Source of the DNA: Promethearchaeia archaeon
GTDB lineage: Archaea > Asgardarchaeota > Lokiarchaeia > Sigyniarchaeales > SOKP01
Direction: 5' to 3'
Length of the DNA: 40,199 nt
Assembly: GCA_029856105.1 (NCBI GenBank)
Contig: JAHQWH010000074.1
Location: forward strand, 1-40,199
Below are positions 10,083 to 19,837 of this stretch, piece by piece. A program made the position numbers and the translations under genes. The stretch's first letter is position 1. Each line of letters opens with the position of its first letter. A model generated the notes under the pieces. It saw nothing but the letters and a program-made list of their open reading frames with translations, ran no database searches and had not been told where the DNA came from.

Positions 10083-10381
10083 TTTTTTTGATTATAATCT
10101 TATTATTGTAAATATTAGAATATAAGTATTAATCTTTAATCATAAAAATTTTATTATTAATTTTAATTGTTTGTTTTTTCAATCTTTAAAAAATTTCTTA
10201 TGTAATTATGAAATTTTATTACAACCTTTTTAGTATTATTTGCCATAAAAAGTATCCTTTTATTTATAGAATTCAATATTGAATAAAAAAAAGCTAAATT
10301 TACTTCTATGTGTGTGTTCTTTCGCTTTTACATTAAAAACTATAAGCAATATTTTAATAGAAAAAAAAATATTGTCAAATC

Positions 10382-11689
10382 ATGGAAAATCGTTCAAATA
10401 AAAAATATATAGGGACTTTATCACAGAAAGAGTTAATGAAATTATACGCAAAGCATGTGAACGCACCAAAAGTTCGCACTTTTAAAGGATTTGGGTTAGG
10501 TGTCGTACTGGGAGAGCGAAAAGGAGTCAAATTTAGGACGCTTGCGGGACCAAAACCCTCTGATCCGCCAATGGAACTGTTTAATTGCCACACGTGTGGA
10601 GGCGTTTATAATTTAGGTCATCAAAATCCAAGAATTATTCAAGTTCTTAAGGATGCTATAGATGGGGGGCTAGATATAGGTGATCATCTGCTATTATCAG
10701 AATGGAGAGCTATTTTGGGGAAAAAATTAGCGGAATTAATGCCTCCAGGAATAACAAAAACTACTTTTGGAGTTAGCGGTGGTGAAGCAGTTGATACTGC
10801 CATTAAATTTTCAAGGGCATATACAAAAAGGAAAGGATGTATCTCTGCAATTGGAGGATTTCACGGGCATACCGGATTTGCCTTGGCAACTGGAGACTCT
10901 GGCTTTAAGGAAAATTTTTTATGGAATCTTCCTGGTTTTGAGCAAGTTCCTTTTGGCGATGGAGACGCCTTGAAAAAAACTATTTCGGATGATGTTGCGT
11001 GCGTTATTTTAGAAACTATTCCTGCTACAGCCGGAGTATTAATCGCTCCAGAAGGGTACTTTTCAGAGGTTCGGGAACTCTGCGACAAACATGGGGTTAT
11101 GATGATCATTGACGAAGTTCAAGCCGGACTTGGACGAACGAGTCATTTCTGGGCGATTTATGGTGGTTTATATGAGAATGAAAAAGTTGTTCCTGACTTT
11201 ATGGTTTTAGGGAAAGGTATGAGCTCAGGGATATATCCAATCTCTACTTGTAGTTACAAACCATTTATAGAGAAGTCAGTTTTTAAAGACGATCCGTTCA
11301 TTCACATTTCTACAACTGGTGGCTCAGATTTAGGTTGTGCGATTGCGTGCGAGATGTTAGACATACAATCCGATCCCGAATTTTTAAAACACGTAAAAGA
11401 AATGGGTAAGTTGTTTGGCAAAGGTTTAGAAGAAATAGCGGACGATAATTCTGAATTAATAAAAGAAGTGAGGGGAAGAGGGCTTATATGGGGGATGGAA
11501 TTTAATAGCGAAACATTTGGGCAATTAGCTATGCTCTCCATAATAAAAGAAGGCGTTTTACAAAATTACTGTGGTAATAGAAAAAATACTCTTATTATGA
11601 TGCCACCATTAATCGTGAAAGAAGAAGAAATTGAAGAGATAATAGAGAGAATAGGTAAAGGCGTCCATAATCTTAAAAAATTAAGTTAA
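10382..11689 (+). CDS. Class III PLP aminotransferase (putrescine/acetylornithine aminotransferase-like)
   Basis: SGGEAV, GFHG, DEVQAGLGRT, LGKGMSSG (PLP lysine), VRGRGL. Confidence 0.92.
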   Translation: MENRSNKKYIGTLSQKELMKLYAKHVNAPKVRTFKGFGLGVVLGERKGVKFRTLAGPKPSDPPMELFNCHTCGGVYNLGHQNPRIIQVLKDAIDGGLDIGDHLLLSEWRAILGKKLAELMPPGITKTTFGVSGGEAVDTAIKFSRAYTKRKGCISAIGGFHGHTGFALATGDSGFKENFLWNLPGFEQVPFGDGDALKKTISDDVACVILETIPATAGVLIAPEGYFSEVRELCDKHGVMMIIDEVQAGLGRTSHFWAIYGGLYENEKVVPDFMVLGKGMSSGIYPISTCSYKPFIEKSVFKDDPFIHISTTGGSDLGCAIACEMLDIQSDPEFLKHVKEMGKLFGKGLEEIADDNSELIKEVRGRGLIWGMEFNSETFGQLAMLSIIKEGVLQNYCGNRKNTLIMMPPLIVKEEEIEEIIERIGKGVHNLKKLS

Positions 11690-11707
11690 AAATATTTTTT
11701 TCTCAAT

Positions 11708-14056
11708 TTAGGAGTCACTATGATATTTAAATCTACTTAATTTATAGATTTCTTGAGCGATTTTCTTTCCAATACTCTCAACTTTCAATAAATCACCAAT
11801 TTCAGCGTTGAAAATCTCTTGGAGGGTTTTCAATTCTCGGAGAAGGTTTCTTGCTCTACGCGCATTTACGCCAGGAACGCCTGCAACAATGTATTCTAAT
11901 AAACGAGAAATTTCGATGGGTTTCTTCTCAAATCTTAGTTTTAACTCACCTTTAACACTAGATTGTTCTTTTTTCGCTAATTGAAAAAGGAAAGTAGCAG
12001 TTTCATGGGAATCTTTTGTTTTGTATATAGAAATTCCTAAATTCAAAATAATGGAAGTTAATGCACCATAGAGCGCGTTTTGATTAATATTCGAATTAAT
12101 AAAAACATCTCCTTCTAAAATTAAGATGGGTCTAATAAAGTTATTTTTTAAATCATTCAGTTCGTTAAATAATCTTCCATCTTTAATAGAATCGTTAAAA
12201 TCTTGGGCAGATTTTCGTTCAATTCCAACTCTTTCCGACACTATGTAATCAGCCACAGCTAGTTGTTTTAACTTTAAATCAACCCCCATTAAGGATAGTG
12301 TTCTAACAACCGCAGAGGCGGTTTCTCTATTGTCACAAATAATTGTAAATTCTTCGGCACCTTCAATTTTTTGGATCAACTGAATTTCGTTTTGATTTTT
12401 TAAATTAGCCTTATCTCTACTTTCTTTTTCTTTTTTAACGAAATTTAAGAGACTAGATTGCCCAACGACCTTAGAGTTGGAATCAGTTTCTTTTATTTTT
12501 TTTAAACTCTGTTTCATAGTACGCTCCTTAGCTTTTTCTGCCCAATAGTATCCTTCATCACGAGTACCCTCAGCCATTAAAATAATGACTTTTCCTTCTT
12601 TTTTTCTACCAGTCCTCCCGCGACGTTGAATTGAACGTATAGCACTCGGAACGACATCGTAAAAAATCACTAAATCACATTCTGCGATATCTAATCCTTC
12701 TTCGCCAACGCTCGTTGCTATTAATGTATTGTAAACCCCCTCTTTAAAGTCGTCAAGAAGGCTGATTTGTTTCTTTTGAGTTAAACCTTTGTCAGATGTT
12801 TTACTCTGTTGTCCAACGAATTTATGTGCCGTTATACTAAGATCTTTTTTAAGAAACTTAACTATATTGTTAACAGAATCCCTAAAATGACAAAATACCA
12901 AAACTCTTGAATTAATATTTCCAATTATCTGATTATGTAGAATTTCCGCTAATTTTTCTAATTTAGGATGTACGACTCCCTTTATTTTGTTAGTCTCAAT
13001 TAATTCAATAACGCGTTTAATGTCAGGATCTCTTAGGAGTTCTTTTAACGATTTATTTGCTGTATTTTGTTTTATTTTTTCTACATTTTTTTTCATGTAA
13101 TCATCTAAAGCGCTCAATCCCTGAGTTTCTATAAGTTCATCCATATGAGAAAGCCTTATAGCATTTGCAGTATATTTTTTAGCCGTAAATAATTGGAACT
13201 TCTCGTCATCAGTTCTAGATGTCGAAATCCTCCCATTGATTACTTTATCTAAAGCTAATAAATTCTTTCTTGTAACTTTAGAGATATCTGATGTATTCAA
13301 TAATTCTTTTTGCTTTAACCACTTATAGATTGTTCTTAATTTTTCTGAAATAATTTTTTTAATATCTAAAAACTCGCTTGGAAGCTTAACCTTAATCCAC
13401 TCGTTATCGACTTTGTAAATGTAAGGTTTAACGTCTGAATCAAGATCTGTTCTAATTTCAAGGTGATCGATAAATAAATTATTTTTTATTTCATTAATCT
13501 TCCCTTCCGTTGATCCTGGACTTGCCGTAAGCCCTAATATTTGAGGATTTTTCGAGGTTTCCATGTACTTTTTAGCAATAAAACAATATGCGTAATCCCC
13601 AACGGCTCGATGGCATTCATCAAAAATAATTAAACTAACATTATTTGTAGAATAAAGATTTGAAATTATGTCATTTTGGAGCACTTGTGGCGTCATAAAA
13701 GCGACCTTTAAATCATCCCATAATTCTTTCCTATTTTCTGGTGAGGTCGTTCCTGTAATTGCTTTCAAGCTTTGAGAAGGAATAACAGTCAATCCTAAGA
13801 ACGATTTATAATGTTGATTGACTAATGGTTTGGTTGGAGCTAAAAATATTACTTTCGAATTGGGTTTTTCTGTTAATCTCTGTACCGCTAACATCAAACC
13901 TATAATAGTTTTTCCTAGCCCCGTAGGAATAACCACTAAACAGTTGGTGTTTAGGCAATTAATAAATATACTTTCTTGATAAGCTCGCCTTAAGACTGCA
14001 TTTTCTTTAATTAATGGGTGAGATATATACTGCTCTTTTTTTATAGAGATCACCAA
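11708..14056 (-). CDS. hef: Hef helicase-associated endonuclease (FANCM/XPF-like)
   Basis: PTGLGKT, DECH, TAS and QRRGRTGR helicase motifs; ERK nuclease domain; C-terminal HhH. Confidence 0.95.
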   Translation of the reverse strand: MVISIKKEQYISHPLIKENAVLRRAYQESIFINCLNTNCLVVIPTGLGKTIIGLMLAVQRLTEKPNSKVIFLAPTKPLVNQHYKSFLGLTVIPSQSLKAITGTTSPENRKELWDDLKVAFMTPQVLQNDIISNLYSTNNVSLIIFDECHRAVGDYAYCFIAKKYMETSKNPQILGLTASPGSTEGKINEIKNNLFIDHLEIRTDLDSDVKPYIYKVDNEWIKVKLPSEFLDIKKIISEKLRTIYKWLKQKELLNTSDISKVTRKNLLALDKVINGRISTSRTDDEKFQLFTAKKYTANAIRLSHMDELIETQGLSALDDYMKKNVEKIKQNTANKSLKELLRDPDIKRVIELIETNKIKGVVHPKLEKLAEILHNQIIGNINSRVLVFCHFRDSVNNIVKFLKKDLSITAHKFVGQQSKTSDKGLTQKKQISLLDDFKEGVYNTLIATSVGEEGLDIAECDLVIFYDVVPSAIRSIQRRGRTGRKKEGKVIILMAEGTRDEGYYWAEKAKERTMKQSLKKIKETDSNSKVVGQSSLLNFVKKEKESRDKANLKNQNEIQLIQKIEGAEEFTIICDNRETASAVVRTLSLMGVDLKLKQLAVADYIVSERVGIERKSAQDFNDSIKDGRLFNELNDLKNNFIRPILILEGDVFINSNINQNALYGALTSIILNLGISIYKTKDSHETATFLFQLAKKEQSSVKGELKLRFEKKPIEISRLLEYIVAGVPGVNARRARNLLRELKTLQEIFNAEIGDLLKVESIGKKIAQEIYKLSRFKYHSDS

Positions 14057-14243
14057 AAAATATCGTTCTAAAAGTCTTTTTACAGTTATGTTTTTAATAT
14101 AAATTTTAAAGTTACAGAGTCTATAGAATCTCTTAAATTATATTAATACCTTTTATTATTAAATTTATTATTAATAAATTTAAATTTCTCAATAAAATTA
14201 GCGCGAGTGGTTTAGCCGTATAACGACACGCTCACACCGTGTA

Positions 14244-14275
14244 AATCTTCGCTGATTTACAGCGTAAATCTCGAC
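14244..14275 (+). other. tRNA variable-loop intron (32 nt, relaxed BHB)
   Basis: CGUG UA^A ... CGCUG-AUUUA-CAGCG ... CUCG AC^G; central helix has 3 of 4 pairs. Confidence 0.7.
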
Positions 14276-14289
14276 GGTCGGGGGTTCAA

Positions 14290-14319
14290 AAAATTGAAAA
14301 TCTCTTTCAAATTGAATTA
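14290..14319 (+). other. tRNA T-loop intron (30 nt, BHB)
   Basis: GUUC AA^A AAAUUGAAA-AUCUC-UUUCAAAUU GAAU UA^U; 4-bp helix with two 3-nt bulges. Confidence 0.78.
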
Positions 14320-14434
14320 TTCCCCCCTTGCGCACCATACTTAAGCAAGGGAAAAATTTAAACTTACTTAATTTACGATAAAAACCAAAAAAGTTTTATT
14401 TTATATTACATTTCAAAATTTAATTACTATTTCT

Positions 14435-14749
14435 ATGGTTTATGTTATGTCTTCTTTTTTAGAGTCTCGTGAATTGAGAAAGTTGTATAAAGAAGTTCGA
14501 AAAGATATTAAGGTCGGTTTTATTTTTCTTTCCAGATATGAAAAAGCACGCATCACAGGTGCAAGAGCACTACAAATTTCATTCGGCGCTCCTATATTAG
14601 TAGATAAGCCAAAGAATTTAATAGACCCAATTAAGATAGCCTTGCTTGAATTAAAATCTAAAATTTTACCCTTAACAATTCGAAGGGAGTATCCTTCAGG
14701 AGAATATCAAGATATTCCTATTAATAAATTGATTCTTAAAAAAGATTAA
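14435..14749 (+). CDS. rpoK: DNA-directed RNA polymerase subunit Rpo6 (RpoK)
   Basis: [22 protein letters not shown] and IALLEL...LPLTIRR. Confidence 0.95.
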   Translation: MVYVMSSFLESRELRKLYKEVRKDIKVGFIFLSRYEKARITGARALQISFGAPILVDKPKNLIDPIKIALLELKSKILPLTIRREYPSGEYQDIPINKLILKKD

Positions 14750-14755
14750 TGCATT

Positions 14756-15382
14756 TTAGATATTCGTAGGAATCAATTTGCTTAAATGAATAATTAGATC
14801 ATTGTGTTCTTTAATATTTAAATTTAAAAAGATTTTTTGATTAAAATCCTTATTATTTGGATTATTAATACAGAAGAAAATTGTGTATTGTGATCTTCTT
14901 TTTTGAATAGATGCTATTTTGAAATTGTTTAAATCTATAAACATCACATCTTTTATTCGATATAATATGTCGGGGGAAAATTTAGAGTCGTCAATCAAAA
15001 AACTATAATTTAATTCTTTTTGAATCCATCTTTTATTAGTTAATATATATATTTCATCATAGTTCTTTAGGTCAATTAATTTCAAATCCAATTTCTTGGT
15101 ACTTTTTTTAAACTCTCGAAAGAAATCACCAAGTACTATTATTATAGCAGTATAAAAGATAGATAAAATGCTTAAATAAAAAATAATAGGATTAAATTCG
15201 ATTTTAAACACATAAAAAGTTCCTTCCCAAATAGGGATATACCAAAAGAATAGAGCGATACTAATTATTATAATTCCTAAAAGAGATATTACTAACGGAA
15301 ATCTTATCAAATAGTTTTTTACTTGACATTTTTTCCATAAAATGTATTCGTCGTCATGTAAAAATTGTTTTATTATCTCCAA
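14756..15382 (-). CDS. Hypothetical membrane protein (2 TM plus possible PH-like domain)
   Basis: DEYILW at the N-terminus, two hydrophobic helices, YILTNKRWI. Confidence 0.6.
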   Translation of the reverse strand: MEIIKQFLHDDEYILWKKCQVKNYLIRFPLVISLLGIIIISIALFFWYIPIWEGTFYVFKIEFNPIIFYLSILSIFYTAIIIVLGDFFREFKKSTKKLDLKLIDLKNYDEIYILTNKRWIQKELNYSFLIDDSKFSPDILYRIKDVMFIDLNNFKIASIQKRRSQYTIFFCINNPNNKDFNQKIFLNLNIKEHNDLIIHLSKLIPTNI

Positions 15383-15394
15383 TATCCTTTAATT

Positions 15395-15856
15395 TTATTG
15401 AATTCTGTATTTACCTCTTTCTGTAAGAATGTATACGGTATTTCCTTCGACTTGCTCTGTTTCTAAATAACCCTTAGAAATTAAAACATCTAGAATTTTT
15501 TCTAAATCTGCTTTTTTAAATGGTTCAATACCCAACTGTATTCTACTTTGATTAACAACAATCGCGATGCGTGTAAGAAACATTCTTTTACTCATAAACG
15601 ATTCAAGAACTGTAAGCTCGTCGTTAGAAAGCCGTTCAAATTGATCGTATTCTAAAATTTGGTCTTTAAGAGTTTTGGCAAGCTCTATTGTTTCTTGACT
15701 TATTTCTTGTTTCTTTACTTCGACGTGTTTTAATTGCACTAAATCTTTTGCAACTGGTGATTTTTTATTTTGAGCCATTTGCTCTAAGTAATTGCGAATT
15801 TTTTCTTTATCCCCTACTTCTCTTTTCGAATTCTTATCTTCATTTTTATTCTCCAT
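15395..15856 (-). CDS. Hypothetical protein with C-terminal winged helix
   Basis: LEKILDVLISKGYL...VYILTERG wHTH pattern. Confidence 0.65.
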   Translation of the reverse strand: MENKNEDKNSKREVGDKEKIRNYLEQMAQNKKSPVAKDLVQLKHVEVKKQEISQETIELAKTLKDQILEYDQFERLSNDELTVLESFMSKRMFLTRIAIVVNQSRIQLGIEPFKKADLEKILDVLISKGYLETEQVEGNTVYILTERGKYRIQ

Positions 15857-15901
15857 AATAATACGATAAGGAATTTAATTATAAAAACTTATATTCAATT
15901 A

Positions 15902-16468
15902 ATGAAAAAAGTTTTAAAGTTAAAAACCGGAGAAACTATTACTATTAGACATGTTAAAGAATCAGATATTGACGGAATTTGGAATAATTTCAATAATGTT
16001 GTTGATGAAGGGATATATCTTCCAGTTTTTTTCCCGGTAAGATCTGAATTCGAAAAACAATCTTGGTATAATACTATTAAAAAAGAAAGAGAAATATGTA
16101 TTGTAGCTACTCACCCAAAATTAAAAAATCCATACAATATCCTTGGTCAATGTGAAATCTCAAATCTTGAATGGGATGCTGCCACTCATGTAAGTAAATT
16201 AGGTATAATTGTACAAACAAAATTTAGAGATTTAGGTATTGGTTTTCATTTAATTGACGAAGCGATTCGAGAATCTAAAAAGCTAAATAATAAAGAAAAA
16301 ATTATCTTAAGTTGTTTTTCTAATAACAAAAGAGCTCTATACCTATATAAAAAAATGGGTTTTCAAATAATAGGTATAAGAAAGAAACAATTTTACATGG
16401 ATTCTAAGTATTACGACGAAATTCTATTGGATTTGTGGATAGATGATTATTTAACCAACAACCCTTAA
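15902..16468 (+). CDS. GNAT family N-acetyltransferase
   Basis: FRDLGIG acetyl-CoA motif; NKRALYLYKKMGF. Confidence 0.9.
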   Translation: MKKVLKLKTGETITIRHVKESDIDGIWNNFNNVVDEGIYLPVFFPVRSEFEKQSWYNTIKKEREICIVATHPKLKNPYNILGQCEISNLEWDAATHVSKLGIIVQTKFRDLGIGFHLIDEAIRESKKLNNKEKIILSCFSNNKRALYLYKKMGFQIIGIRKKQFYMDSKYYDEILLDLWIDDYLTNNP

Positions 16469-16495
16469 ATTTTTTCGAATTTAAAAGGGATTTCT

Positions 16496-17935
16496 TTACG
16501 GAAATCGAGTTCTCATTTGATAAATCTCCCAACTCTCGGTAGTTAACGGATTTTCGTTTAAAAAAATAAAGTTCAAATTTTTTAAATTATCAATATCACT
16601 TAGTTTAAAATCTTTAATATCGTTGTTTTCTAAAAAAAGAATAATTAAGCTCTCTAAATTATTTATTCCTTCCATCTGCTTGATATGATTTTTATCAATA
16701 AATAGCTCTTGAAGATTTTTAAGATTTTCCAATCCATCAAATGTTTCAATTTTATTGTTAGAAATCTCTAATTTGTTTAATTCTGTTAGATTATCTAAAT
16801 TATCAATATTCTCAATAATATTGTTGGATAAACTTAAAACTTTTAAGCTTAGCAACCGCTTTAACCCCTGAATATGATTAATCCGATTATCATTTATATG
16901 TAATGTAACTAAATTCTCGAGTTTTTCTAAACCAGAAATTGTTTCTATTTGATTAAAAGACAAAAAAAGGGTTCTTAAATTACCTAAATTATCGAGATTT
17001 TTTAGTTTTAAAATAGCGTTATAGCTAAGATTTAATAGTGTTAAATCGCGCAAATTATCTAAATTTTCAATTTCTGTAATTAAGTTCCGATCCAACGATA
17101 ATTTTTTTAAATTACCTAAATCCAGATTTTCAATCTTCTTTATTTTATTTGAAGATAAAGAGATTTCCTGGAGATTATTCAGACAGTCTAAATTTTCAAT
17201 CTTTTTAATTTGATTCTGCGATAAATTTAAAGTTTTTAATTGTGTTAAATGGCTAAGGCCATGAATATTTTGAATGTTATTTCTTTGGAGTTGTAAATGT
17301 TCTAATTTGACAAGCTTATTAAGAGCCTGAATTTCAGAAATATCATCCAACTTACCACCCTCACAATTTAACAAGATAATTAATCCTTTCCTTAAAGTTA
17401 CATTATATCCACAAGAATTTACGTAATAGTCGTAAAGAATTAAATTAAAGCAAACTTCTAAGATTGAACTCGGAATGGGTATATCGTAATTAGAATTAAA
17501 TATCTCTTCTGGAAACTCATAAATCTTTTTCTTAAAACTTAATTTTATAGCTTTCTTCAAATAATCTTTAATGATCTTACGAGCTTTTTTTGTATCAATC
17601 GAGTTTAATGTTTCTACAGCAAAGGATTTTTGATCCATATTATTTACATCATTTAGTGTAAACTCTAGAAGAGATACGAACTTTTTATGATAAAAATAGT
17701 TATCTCGTAAGATGTTCCCTGATAAACCTCTAATTTTAAAACTCTCATCTGAAAGAAATAATTGTTCAAAAAATTTAAACTCCTTTCCCTCATCCATAGA
17801 AGAATAGAGGTTTAACGCGGTTTCCCTTAAACTAATATTATCTGAATTTACAATCCACTCTTTTAATATATCTCTTGCCGCTCTTTTACCGATTTGGTCC
17901 AAATTTTTTTTAATATAATCAGGATTTAAATCCAT
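16496..17935 (-). CDS. Leucine-rich repeat protein (SDS22-like) with helical N-terminal region
   Basis: About 12 repeats of LxxLxLxxNxIxxIENL; N-terminus resembles HEAT-like helices. Confidence 0.92.
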   Translation of the reverse strand: MDLNPDYIKKNLDQIGKRAARDILKEWIVNSDNISLRETALNLYSSMDEGKEFKFFEQLFLSDESFKIRGLSGNILRDNYFYHKKFVSLLEFTLNDVNNMDQKSFAVETLNSIDTKKARKIIKDYLKKAIKLSFKKKIYEFPEEIFNSNYDIPIPSSILEVCFNLILYDYYVNSCGYNVTLRKGLIILLNCEGGKLDDISEIQALNKLVKLEHLQLQRNNIQNIHGLSHLTQLKTLNLSQNQIKKIENLDCLNNLQEISLSSNKIKKIENLDLGNLKKLSLDRNLITEIENLDNLRDLTLLNLSYNAILKLKNLDNLGNLRTLFLSFNQIETISGLEKLENLVTLHINDNRINHIQGLKRLLSLKVLSLSNNIIENIDNLDNLTELNKLEISNNKIETFDGLENLKNLQELFIDKNHIKQMEGINNLESLIILFLENNDIKDFKLSDIDNLKNLNFIFLNENPLTTESWEIYQMRTRFP

Positions 17936-18382
17936 CTTTAAATAATTAAAATATATGTTTGAAATCTTCTATTAAAGAATCGTATTGCTTATTTAAAATA
18001 TATTCTTCAATTTCAAATATATACAAATTTTTCTTTTTTAATTAATTAAATACATTTGTATACACAAATTCATTTTATTGGGCTTTCAAAAGTTAAGATT
18101 TGTTATACTAAATGAAAAAAGAAAAGATTAAATAAAAAAAATATTTTGTGATTTTTCCGTATTAAAAGGAATATAAACTTATTTTTTTTAAAGAAATACC
18201 CCCCAAGTATCTCAATTTTTTTGTAATAAAAAAAATTTATATACATCTAATTTATTATTATGATAATTTGAATTTGTTATAATTTGTCGATATTATTATA
18301 CTCTAAAAAAAAAATATTGATAAGTGTATAAAAAATTTTGAATAAAATTAACAAGTAAATAAAAATTAAAAAGCTGAATATT

Positions 18383-19528
18383 ATGGCAGAAGAAGAAAGT
18401 TTTTTAAACGCGAAAGCCTTAGTCGTTGATAATGGTACCGGGATTTCAAAAAATGGTTTCGCTGGTGAAGACCAACCTCGTTCTGTATTTCCAACTCTTA
18501 TTGGCTATCCTAAATATGAATCGATAATGACCGATGTCGAACATTACACTCGAGAATATTACATTGGAGAGGAAGCTATGCAACTTAAAGGTGTTTTAAA
18601 GTTGATGTTTCCTGTAGAACACGGTATTATCGAAGATTGGACTGCTATGGAAAAGATTTGGCATTACACGTTTTATACCGACTTACGAATCGATCCTAGC
18701 GAACATCCAGTTCTTTTAACTGAAGCTCCATTAAACCCAAGACCAAACAGAGAAAAAATGGCTGAAATAATGTTTGAAACATTCAACGTTCCAGCCCTTT
18801 ATGTTGCGATGCAAGCTGTCCTATCTCTTTACGCCTCTGGTCGTACTACGGGATGTGTAATAGATATTGGAGATGGAGTCTCTCACGTCGTACCTATTTT
18901 CGAAGGTTTCGCTTTAAGTCATGCTATCCAAAGAATCGATCTTGCTGGCCGTGATATCACAACCTACCTACAAAGATTACTCCGTCAAAAAGGGTATTCC
19001 TTTACAACTTCTGCAGAGAAAGAAATCGTCAGAGATATCAAGGAAAAACTCTGCTATGTAGCAATCGATCCAGAGAAAGAAATGATGCTTTCAAAGAAAG
19101 TTGCTGGAATGGAAAAAAGCTACATGCTTCCTGACGGAGAAACTATAAATGTAGGTGTCGAAAGATTTTTAGCACCTGAATGCTTCTTCAATCCATCAGT
19201 AATCGGGAAAGAATTAGAACCTCTCGATGATGTAATTGTTGGTGCTATTTCTGAATGTGATGTCGACCTTCGTAGAGACCTTTATGGTAATATTGTACTT
19301 TCTGGTGGCTCAACAATGTTCCCTGGAATTAAAGAACGTTTAACTAAAGAAATTAAGGAACAAATTCCAGAGTCCGTTGATGTTAAAATCATTGCTCCTC
19401 CAGAGCGTATGTATTCCGTATGGATTGGCGGTTCAATCTTAAGCTCCTTGAAGACATTCCACCGAATGTGGGTTACACGTCGGGAGTATAAAGAGATGGG
19501 GCCCCAAGTGATTCACCGTTGCTTTTAA
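18383..19528 (+). CDS. Actin (lokiactin)
   Basis: [53 protein letters not shown]-terminal HRCF. Confidence 0.97.
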   Translation: MAEEESFLNAKALVVDNGTGISKNGFAGEDQPRSVFPTLIGYPKYESIMTDVEHYTREYYIGEEAMQLKGVLKLMFPVEHGIIEDWTAMEKIWHYTFYTDLRIDPSEHPVLLTEAPLNPRPNREKMAEIMFETFNVPALYVAMQAVLSLYASGRTTGCVIDIGDGVSHVVPIFEGFALSHAIQRIDLAGRDITTYLQRLLRQKGYSFTTSAEKEIVRDIKEKLCYVAIDPEKEMMLSKKVAGMEKSYMLPDGETINVGVERFLAPECFFNPSVIGKELEPLDDVIVGAISECDVDLRRDLYGNIVLSGGSTMFPGIKERLTKEIKEQIPESVDVKIIAPPERMYSVWIGGSILSSLKTFHRMWVTRREYKEMGPQVIHRCF

Positions 19529-19590
19529 GCCCATCTGGGCAAATACCTAATTTTTTTTGAATTTTTTATTTTTCTTTTTTATTATTTTTT
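19529..19590 (+). terminator. Probable terminator after the actin gene
   Basis: GCCCA-TC-TGGGC inverted repeat right after the stop, followed by several oligo-T tracts. Confidence 0.45.
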
Positions 19591-19837
19591 CAATTCCTTA
19601 AATAAAATTTAGTGTTTTATTTAGAACTTCTTCTAAAGGTGTTTTTACTGAATAAGATCCCGTATTCGTATCCAATATTTTTTAACCAAAATCTATTATT
19701 AATTGGATATTTTAGATTCAAAAAAATATAAGTAGATAATAAATTTAATGTTGATTTAAATTAAAATGTATAAAGAAAAAAACGAAATCTAAAAACAATT
19801 TAAATGTAATATTATTGTCTATTGGAGCGTAAATGTC

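Larger units (their letters stand above)
14201..14337 (+). tRNA. tRNA-Val(CAC) with two non-canonical introns (about 44/45 and 58/59), encoded CCA
   Basis: Acceptor GCGCGAG/CTTGCGC-A-CCA; anticodon arm ACACG-CTCACAC-CGTGT (anticodon 14233-14235); T stem GGGGG/CCCCC. Removing 14244-14275 and 14290-14319 gives variable loop AGGUC and T loop UUCAAUU. Confidence 0.85.

Noticed and set aside
14243-14279. Long variable arm (Leu/Ser/Sec-type tRNA)
   Set aside because: The CAC anticodon and 7/5 acceptor/T stems fit Val; 37 nt is too long, and BHB excision gives the canonical AGGUC
15902-16468. GNAT as an actin N-acetyltransferase
   Set aside because: Only proximity supports it; the sequence looks like a generic GNAT and an opposite-strand LRR gene lies between them
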